DNA of 46,547 nucleotides from Candidatus Dormiibacterota bacterium (GTDB lineage Bacteria > Chloroflexota > Dormibacteria > Dormibacterales > Dormibacteraceae), in contig JBKPCF010000108.1 of NCBI GenBank assembly GCA_046727235.1, forward strand, positions 1 to 46,547. Direction: 5' to 3'. Positions 41,177 through 46,547 of this stretch are shown here, piece after piece (position 1 is the first letter of the stretch; each line of letters begins with the position of its first letter). A program made the position numbers and the translations under genes. The notes beneath the pieces were generated by a model. That model did not search any database. It saw only the letters and a list, made by a program, of their open reading frames with translations, and was not told where the DNA came from.

Positions 41177-42438
41177 GTCAGCGAAGCGGTCCCGATCAGC
41201 ACCGCCAGCATCGCCCGGACCGCGGCCGCGTCGCCCTGACGCAACGCCGCTCGCAGGACGCGGACCGCGCGAGGGGTGTCCAGGTCATCCTCGAGCGCGC
41301 GTTTGAACTCCGTCATGAACGCGCGGCCTGGAGTCGTCTTGCGTTTCGTCGCACGCGAGGCGCGGGCGTCGTCGGCCAGCAGCTTGCGCAGTCGCTCGAC
41401 CAGCCGCGAGGCGCGGGCGAGGCCTCCCCACTCGAAGTCCCAGTCGCGTCCGTACCGGTGGGAGACGAGGTAAAGCCTGACGGCCGCGGCGGGAGCCCGC
41501 TGCAGCGCCTGGCTGACCTTGACCAGGTTGCCGAGCGACTTGCTCATCTTGTGGCCCTCGTAGCGGACCATCCCCGTGTGCACCCAGGCCCGCGCAAACG
41601 GCGCCTTGCCGGTCAAAGTTTCCGACTGCGCGCGCTCCGACTCGTGGTGGCTGAACTCCAGGTCGCGACCGCCGCCGTGCACGTCGATCTGCGCGCCGAG
41701 GTAGCGCATCGACATCACGGAACACTCGATGTGCCAGCCCGGCCGGCCCTCCCCGAATTTCGACGGCCACGCCGGCTCGCCCGACCCGGATGGTCGCCAG
41801 ATGGGAAAGTCGAGCAGGTCCCGCTTCGCGTGCGGTCCGACCTTGCCCAGGAGCCCATCCTCGCGCAGCTTGCGCACCATCGAGCGGCGCGTCCGATGCG
41901 ACAGCCGGCCGTATCCGCGGTACTTGCTCGTGTCGAAGTAGAGGGCGTCCGTCCTGTACCCATAGCCCTTCGCATGCAGCCTGGACGCCGCGGCGACGAT
42001 CGGCTTGATCTCGTCTGAGACTCGCGGCATGAGATCGGGGGGCCGCCAGCCGAGGACGGTCATGTCGCGAATGTGGACCTTTGTCTCGCGGTCGGCGAGC
42101 TCGCGCCAGTCGATCCCGTCGCGCCGCGCCCGCTCGAGCAGCGGATCATCGACGTCGGTGATGTTCTGCACGTACCTGACGCGCGCTCCGTTGGCCTCCA
42201 GAAACCGAACCAGCACGTCGAACATCGAGAATGTGAAAGCGTGTCCCATGTGGCCGGAGTCGTACGGGGTCACGCCGCACACGTAGAGGGTCACGGGCTT
42301 TCGCCCGCGCGGAGCGATCAACGCCCGCCGCTGCGTCAGCGTGTTGCGGACGCGGAGACGGACCGTCTTCTTTAGCTCTGGCGGGCCGCGACCGTCGCGT
42401 CTGCGCGCAGCGCGTCGACCTTGTTGGTCATCTCCCAG
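41173..42438 (-). CDS. mshC: MshC-type cysteine ligase (class I CysRS-like catalytic domain without the anticodon-binding domain)
   Basis: [55 protein letters not shown] (DDPL, as I recall for MshC, versus DDKI in CysRS), [17 protein letters not shown]. The protein ends about 35 aa after EDDLDTP. The start is unresolved: CTG 42438 is proposed and TTG 42321 would delete the conserved first strand. The 663-aa track ORF is an over-extension across metK. Confidence 0.7.
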   Translation of the reverse strand: MGDDQQGRRAARRRDGRGPPELKKTVRLRVRNTLTQRRALIAPRGRKPVTLYVCGVTPYDSGHMGHAFTFSMFDVLVRFLEANGARVRYVQNITDVDDPLLERARRDGIDWRELADRETKVHIRDMTVLGWRPPDLMPRVSDEIKPIVAAASRLHAKGYGYRTDALYFDTSKYRGYGRLSHRTRRSMVRKLREDGLLGKVGPHAKRDLLDFPIWRPSGSGEPAWPSKFGEGRPGWHIECSVMSMRYLGAQIDVHGGGRDLEFSHHESERAQSETLTGKAPFARAWVHTGMVRYEGHKMSKSLGNLVKVSQALQRAPAAAVRLYLVSHRYGRDWDFEWGGLARASRLVERLRKLLADDARASRATKRKTTPGRAFMTEFKRALEDDLDTPRAVRVLRAALRQGDAAAVRAMLAVLIGTASLT

Positions 42439-43598
42439 GGCACGCCGAGGTCGTCCCGGCCGAAGTGCCCGTACGCGGCGGTCTGCCGGTAGATCGGACG
42501 CAGAAGGTCCATGTTGGCGATGATGGCGCCAGGGCGAAGGTCGAAGTGCCGCCGGATGAGCTGAAGGAGCTCCTCTTCGGGCTTCGTCCCGGTGCCGAAC
42601 GTCTCGACCGCGATCGAGGTCGGATGCGCACGGCCGATCGCGTACGAGACCTGCACCTCGCAGCGTTCCACCAGCCCGGCCGCGACCAGGTTCTTGGCCA
42701 CGTGCCGCGCCGCGTAAGCCGCCGAACGGTCGACCTTGCTCGGGTCCTTGCCGCTGAAAGCACCCCCGCCGTGGCGCGCCACGCCGCCGTACGTGTCGAC
42801 GATGATCTTGCGTCCCGTGAGGCCGGCGTCGGCGGCCGGCCCACCGAGGACGAACGATCCGCTCGGGTTGACCATGATCTTGGTCTGAGCGTCGACGACC
42901 TGGCCCTTCAAGACAGGGTCGATCACCAGCTCGCGGACGCCCTCGGCGATCTCCTTCTGCGTGGCGCTTGCCGAATGATGCGTCGAGATCACGACGGCCT
43001 CGATGCGCCGGGGCTTGCCGTACTCGTACTCGACCGTGACCTGCGTCTTTCCGTCCGGACGCAGGAAGGGGAGCTTCCCGCTCCGCCGGGTCTCGGCGAG
43101 CTTCTTGGCCAGCCGGTTCGCAAGCGAGATCGTGAGCGGCATGAGCTCCGGAGTCTCGCGGCACGCGAAGCCGATCATCATTCCCTGGTCGCCCGCGCCC
43201 TGGAGCTCAAATGGATCGGCGTCCTGCGAACCCTCGCGCTCTTCGAGCGAATGGTTGACCCCTGCGGCGATGTCGGGTGACTGCTCCTTGAGATAGACCT
43301 GGATCAGCGCGTGGTCGGCGTCGAACCCGATCGCCTCGTCGTTGTATCCGATGGCGCGGATCGTGTCGCGGATCGTGCGCTGGATGTCGAGGTCGGCGTG
43401 AGTGGTGACCTCGCCGATGACGACGCACAGGCCTTTGGTGATCGCTGTCTCACATGCGACGCGCGCGTGCGCGTCCTGGGCGAGCATTCCGTCGAGCACA
43501 GCATCCGAGACCTGGTCGCAGACTTTGTCCGGGTGTCCTTCGGTGACGGATTCAGAGGTGAGAAGAAACGAACGCGATGAATTGAACGATGTAGTCAC
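42372..43598 (-). CDS. metK: S-adenosylmethionine synthetase
   Basis: [60 protein letters not shown]. Start re-placed at GTG 43598 (408 aa). The 631-aa track ORF is over-extended. Confidence 0.95.
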   Translation of the reverse strand: MTTSFNSSRSFLLTSESVTEGHPDKVCDQVSDAVLDGMLAQDAHARVACETAITKGLCVVIGEVTTHADLDIQRTIRDTIRAIGYNDEAIGFDADHALIQVYLKEQSPDIAAGVNHSLEEREGSQDADPFELQGAGDQGMMIGFACRETPELMPLTISLANRLAKKLAETRRSGKLPFLRPDGKTQVTVEYEYGKPRRIEAVVISTHHSASATQKEIAEGVRELVIDPVLKGQVVDAQTKIMVNPSGSFVLGGPAADAGLTGRKIIVDTYGGVARHGGGAFSGKDPSKVDRSAAYAARHVAKNLVAAGLVERCEVQVSYAIGRAHPTSIAVETFGTGTKPEEELLQLIRRHFDLRPGAIIANMDLLRPIYRQTAAYGHFGRDDLGVPWEMTNKVDALRADATVAARQS

Positions 43599-43624
43599 GA
43601 ATCGTGATGATAACCGCCGAGGCG

Positions 43625-43888
43625 TTAGGAACCGTTGTGGTGGCGGCTGTCCTCGGGGTCCTGGCCGAGCAGGTGCGCCTGCAGGGCAAAGATGTCGTCC
43701 AGCACTCGGTCGATGCGCCGGCCCTCGAGCCTGTGGTCGGCGATCACGCCGGCGTGCTCGAGGTGCCTTCGCAGCGAGGCCCCGAGGGGACCGTCGACGC
43801 GAGCCTGGCCCCGGACCTGCGCCTCCTCGAGCAGCTGCAGGCAGCGGTCGAGAGCGAGCTGCCTCGAACGGTGCGCGCGGACGTTCAC
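43625..43888 (-). CDS. Hypothetical 87-aa protein, translationally coupled to the Rieske-domain gene
   Basis: Hidden inside spurious track ORF 43625..44569. GTG 43888 overlaps the Rieske gene stop (GTGA). Third-position GC is very high. Sequence: [87 protein letters not shown]. No family recognised. Confidence 0.5.
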   Translation of the reverse strand: MNVRAHRSRQLALDRCLQLLEEAQVRGQARVDGPLGASLRRHLEHAGVIADHRLEGRRIDRVLDDIFALQAHLLGQDPEDSRHHNGS

Positions 43889-44532
43889 TCCGTCCCGAGC
43901 ACCTCCACCCGACCAGCCGCTGTGATCCGCGTCTCGACCTTGTTGAGGGCCGGCAGCGCGTCCGCATCCACAGGGTGCCCGTCGGCTTTGAACTTGGCGG
44001 GATGACACGGGCAAGCCAGTTGGCCGGTGCCTCCTTCCCACCACAGCTCGCACGGCAGGTGCGAGCAGATGGACGAGACAGCGGTGACCGTGTCGCCTCG
44101 CTTGAACAGGAAGGCGCCGATGCCGCCGGCCTGGACGCGCTTGCCCTGCGCCTCGACCAGGTCGCTGACGGCCGCGACATCGATCCAGCGGCCGTTGACC
44201 GGGTTGATGGTCTCGCCGCCGGCGCGAACGGTCTTCGGCACGAGCGCCCGCCCCGCCAGGCCGCCACTTGCCACGCCGGCGGCGAGACCGAGCCCGGCCA
44301 CCAAAGCAGTGCGCCGGGTCACCCACCCTTCGTCGGTCGAGCGGCCAAGCATCCGCGCCAGGCGCTTTCGAAACGCCGGGTGCATCCGCTGCGGTCCCTG
44401 CCGTGCGGCGGCGAGGCGCGCCGCCGCGGTGATCGCCGCCTTCTCTTCCGCGTCGCCGCCACGCAGCTTGAGACGGCGTCCCTTCAGCAGGTCGGAGACG
44501 ATCCTGTCGAAACGGTTCTCGCGCTTGTTCAT
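43885..44532 (-). CDS. Membrane protein with an N-terminal cytoplasmic domain, a Tat-like/TM segment and a C-terminal Rieske [2Fe-2S] domain (putative anti-sigma factor)
   Basis: [20 protein letters not shown] resembles a twin-arginine/TM segment. Rieske box 1 is CSHLPC and box 2 is CPCH. The ATG overlaps the ECF sigma stop (ATGA). Confidence 0.75.
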   Translation of the reverse strand: MNKRENRFDRIVSDLLKGRRLKLRGGDAEEKAAITAAARLAAARQGPQRMHPAFRKRLARMLGRSTDEGWVTRRTALVAGLGLAAGVASGGLAGRALVPKTVRAGGETINPVNGRWIDVAAVSDLVEAQGKRVQAGGIGAFLFKRGDTVTAVSSICSHLPCELWWEGGTGQLACPCHPAKFKADGHPVDADALPALNKVETRITAAGRVEVLGTE

Positions 44533-45062
44533 TCTTCGAGCCGCAGCTTCGCCGCCGCGCGCAGCGCACGCAGCTGCATGACCTTGATCGCGCCGACCGT
44601 GGAGTTCATCTCGGCTGCCACTTCCTTGAGGGAATACCCGTGCAGGAAACGCAGCTCGAGCACGCGTCGGTAGTTGTCAGAGAGCTGCTCGAGGACACGC
44701 TGCACGATCTCGACGCCTTCCTCGGAGGGCGGGTCTGCCGGCATGGCCATCGCGAGGTCCTCTCGCAGCTCGGCCTCGGAGAGTCCAAGCCGCGTGCTCC
44801 AGAACCCGCCGAGCACCGAGCGCGCGGTCGCGAACAGGTAGCCGCGAATTGCGCTCGGGGGCGAGCCCTGGCGGAGCCTTGGGATCGCCTTGAGCGCGAC
44901 CTGCTGGGTGAGGTCCTCGGCGTCCGCGCGGTTGCCGACGCGCGAGTAGATAAAGGCGTAGACCAGCTCCAGCTCGTCGAGCGCGATGTCGGTCGTCCGC
45001 GACGCGGCCGGAAGGTCGACGACCTCGGCCTGGGGCTCGTCCGCCGTGTCTTCCGGCGTCAT
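44529..45062 (-). CDS. ECF-type RNA polymerase sigma-70 family factor (177 aa)
   Basis: Region 2: LVYAFIYSRVGNRADAEDLTQQVALKA. Region 4: LSDNYRRVLELRFLHGYSLKEVAAEMNSTVGAIKVMQLRALR. Start re-placed at ATG 45062. The 316-aa track ORF is over-extended. Confidence 0.85.
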   Translation of the reverse strand: MTPEDTADEPQAEVVDLPAASRTTDIALDELELVYAFIYSRVGNRADAEDLTQQVALKAIPRLRQGSPPSAIRGYLFATARSVLGGFWSTRLGLSEAELREDLAMAMPADPPSEEGVEIVQRVLEQLSDNYRRVLELRFLHGYSLKEVAAEMNSTVGAIKVMQLRALRAAAKLRLEE

Positions 45063-45072
45063 GTCTTCGCTG

Positions 45073-45537
45073 CTAGAAAAGGTTGCCGCACAGAAGATAG
45101 GAGGCGTTCGTCCCCTGCATGTCCGGCCCCGCGTGGACGACCACGTACCAGGTGCCGCCGGTCGGCGGAAACGTGTCCGTGATTGTGGACTTCGCGTCCG
45201 CCTCGCCCTGGCCGTTGGCAACCACCGGCATGAGGGCGCGTGCGATGCCGCCCCGCGACTGACAGCTCCCGGCGTGGACGTGCGAAACGTGGGAGGAGTT
45301 CGGCTGCAAGCCCGTGACCCTGACCTCGATCTTTGTCGAACCCCCGCCCGGAACCACCGTGACGGTCCCGCTCGCGGTGACCGTCGGCTCCGGGTTGAGC
45401 TTGAACGAGAGGCTGCTCGGGCTTGGCGACGGCTGCGCGCTGGGCAGAGCGGACGGAGCCGCACCGGTCCCGTTGCCACAGGCCGCCACGAAAAGCGAGA
45501 TCGCGATCAGCGCGATCCACGCCCTGGCGGACGTCAC
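45073..45537 (-). CDS. Lipoprotein with a CHRD-like domain
   Basis: Lipobox LFVAAC-G. SHVHAGSCQSRGGIARAL and GTWYVVVHAGPDMQGTNASYLLCGNL resemble CHRD-domain motifs (HIHxGxxGxxG...; yvNvHT...). The family call is tentative. It ends 10 nt upstream of the ECF sigma start. Confidence 0.55.
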   Translation of the reverse strand: MTSARAWIALIAISLFVAACGNGTGAAPSALPSAQPSPSPSSLSFKLNPEPTVTASGTVTVVPGGGSTKIEVRVTGLQPNSSHVSHVHAGSCQSRGGIARALMPVVANGQGEADAKSTITDTFPPTGGTWYVVVHAGPDMQGTNASYLLCGNLF

Positions 45538-45583
45538 TGCGGCCTCGCACCGTGTCCTTGCATTACCGAAGCAGGTTACTGGA

Positions 45584-45609
45584 GCGGGTTGGCCGAATCG
45601 CCAACCCGC
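45584..45609 (-). terminator. Strong GC hairpin downstream of the DUF4349 gene
   Basis: GCGGGTTGGC-CGAATC-GCCAACCCGC, a perfect 10-bp stem. It lies 14 nt after the stop at 45623. No clear U-tract. Confidence 0.55.
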
Positions 45610-45622
45610 CCTCAGCCTCGCC

Positions 45623-46525
45623 TTACGCGCGCCGGGGTAGGGGCACGCGGCGGCGGCGCCAGACCAGGTAACCCAGCCCGAGCAGGACCAGGAACGGACC
45701 GACCGCGCCCAGCCCGCTGACGAAGTAGTTGATGGTGGTCACGAAGTTGTGCGCGGCGTCGCTCAGCGCCGTGGCAAAGCCCCAGCTGTCGGCCGGCTTG
45801 CTCGACGCGGGCGCGCCCGACTCGGTCAGCGTGACGGTGACCGAGCTGTAGGACGTGTTGTCGTCGAGATACTTGATCTGTCCCTTCAGCTGCTCGATCT
45901 GCCCCGTGATCTGGCCGATCTGGTTCTGGACCGCGATGATGTCGTTGATGCTCTTCGCCTGCGTGAGCAGCGCGAGCATCGCGTTGCGCTGCGCCTCGGC
46001 GTTGGCGAGGCGGGCTCGTAAGTCGACGTACTGGGCGCTGACGTCGGTGCCGGTGATGTGCTCGCCCTGCAGCTTGCCGACCTTGGCCAGCTCGTCGATC
46101 GTCGCGTCGAAGTGGGCGGCCGGAACCATGAAGTTGATGACGCCGGTGCGGATCTGGCTGCCGGTCGAGTCGGTCGCCGGGCTCGCCTGGGCGTCGGTGC
46201 CCGCGATGTAGCCGCCCTGTGCCTCGACCAGGCGGCGCACCTCGGTCAGCTTGGAGTCGAAGGTGCCCGAGCCGACCGTGACGCTGAGCTGCGCCTGGCG
46301 GATGACGGGCGGGCCCTGGAGCGCCGGGACGTTGTCGCTCGGCAGCGTGGTCGAACCGTTCGAAGGGACCGTGGCCTTCGAAGGCGGGTTGGCATCGGTG
46401 GCGCTGCGGGTCGGCTGGGAAAACTGGCTCGACCCGGTGCTGGAGCCGGCGCCGCCTCCCCCTCCGGCGCCGCCGCAGGCGGCCGCGGCCGCGAATATCG
46501 CGATGAGGACGAGGAACCTTTTCAT
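45623..46525 (-). CDS. DUF4349 domain lipoprotein
   Basis: Signal peptide with Cys (LIAIFAAAAAC-GG). LSVTVGSGTFDSKLTEVRRLVEAQGGYI..., a coiled-coil region (VDLRARLANAEAQRNAMLALLTQAKSINDIIAVQNQIGQITGQIEQLKGQIKYLDD), and a C-terminal TM helix, as in DUF4349. Confidence 0.75.
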   Translation of the reverse strand: MKRFLVLIAIFAAAAACGGAGGGGGAGSSTGSSQFSQPTRSATDANPPSKATVPSNGSTTLPSDNVPALQGPPVIRQAQLSVTVGSGTFDSKLTEVRRLVEAQGGYIAGTDAQASPATDSTGSQIRTGVINFMVPAAHFDATIDELAKVGKLQGEHITGTDVSAQYVDLRARLANAEAQRNAMLALLTQAKSINDIIAVQNQIGQITGQIEQLKGQIKYLDDNTSYSSVTVTLTESGAPASSKPADSWGFATALSDAAHNFVTTINYFVSGLGAVGPFLVLLGLGYLVWRRRRVPLPRRA

Positions 46526-46547
46526 CTGAGAACCGCCTCCTGGGCGC

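Noticed and set aside
43599-43624. Possible SAM riboswitch upstream of metK
   Set aside because: Only 26 nt separate the upstream ORF stop from the metK GTG. That is far too short for any SAM riboswitch class, and no conserved riboswitch motifs were seen.
43599-44267. N-terminal extension of metK to 631 aa. Similar over-extensions occur for mshC (to 43164), the ECF sigma (to 45479), the NAPRTase (to 15768), trxB (to 25587), lepA (to 12311), hemW (to 7744) and rsmE (to 13574).
   Set aside because: The extensions are Arg/Pro/Ala/Gly-rich and overlap other well-supported genes in other frames. Conserved N-terminal motifs begin near internal start codons.
1-46547. tRNA, rRNA, tmRNA, RNase P, prophage or insertion-sequence content
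   Set aside because: No cloverleaf-like or rRNA-like segments and no phage or transposase-like ORFs were found. All gaps between coding regions are at most about 170 nt, apart from the 300-nt gap after dnaJ, which contains the coding-like segment 3126-3356.

Overview
High-GC (roughly two-thirds G+C by eye), gene-dense bacterial chromosomal window with about 45 protein-coding genes. I saw no rRNA, tRNA, CRISPR array, transposase or integrase. The backbone is a conserved housekeeping block on the minus strand in the order rsmE - lepA - hemW - hrcA - grpE - dnaJ. It has a near-perfect CIRCE operator but no dnaK. Other housekeeping genes are an archaeal-type nicotinate phosphoribosyltransferase, a uracil-DNA glycosylase, mrp/apbC plus DUF971, trxB, dxs, metK and an MshC-type cysteine ligase. 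The MshC-type ligase and a putative F420-type PPOX enzyme suggest Actinomycetota or a related Terrabacteria lineage; this is inference only.

Signalling and accessory genes are interspersed:
- an edge-truncated PAS/GAF/GGDEF sensor that is missing from the ORF track;
- two paralogous class-III-cyclase / STAND-ATPase / TPR proteins. One has a LuxR HTH and is followed by a mini-LuxR. The other sits in a translationally coupled operon behind a cNMP-binding-domain protein and a flavoprotein;
- an ECF sigma factor translationally coupled to a membrane protein with an extracytoplasmic Rieske [2Fe-2S] domain, plus a hidden 87-aa ORF;
- a TetR (duplicated HTH) / ABC-2 exporter / zinc-ribbon operon with a promoter positioned for a leaderless transcript;
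- a DUF255 thioredoxin-like gene coupled to a LutB-LutA fusion;
- an orphan FixX-like ferredoxin between an M20 peptidase and trxB.

The supplied ORF track contains many antisense shadow ORFs and over-extends many N-termini, so I re-placed starts using conserved N-terminal motifs, start/stop overlaps and third-position GC. Several genes show conserved N-terminal sequence upstream of any ATG/GTG/TTG codon, which suggests CTG or other near-cognate initiation.

Best candidates for an undescribed system: (1) the ECF sigma / Rieske-domain putative anti-sigma / 87-aa module at 43625-45537; (2) the cNMP-binding / flavoprotein / cyclase-STAND-TPR operon at 32834-37394, together with its LuxR-bearing paralog module at 18741-22525. 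All functional calls come from by-eye motif recognition. No database search was run.
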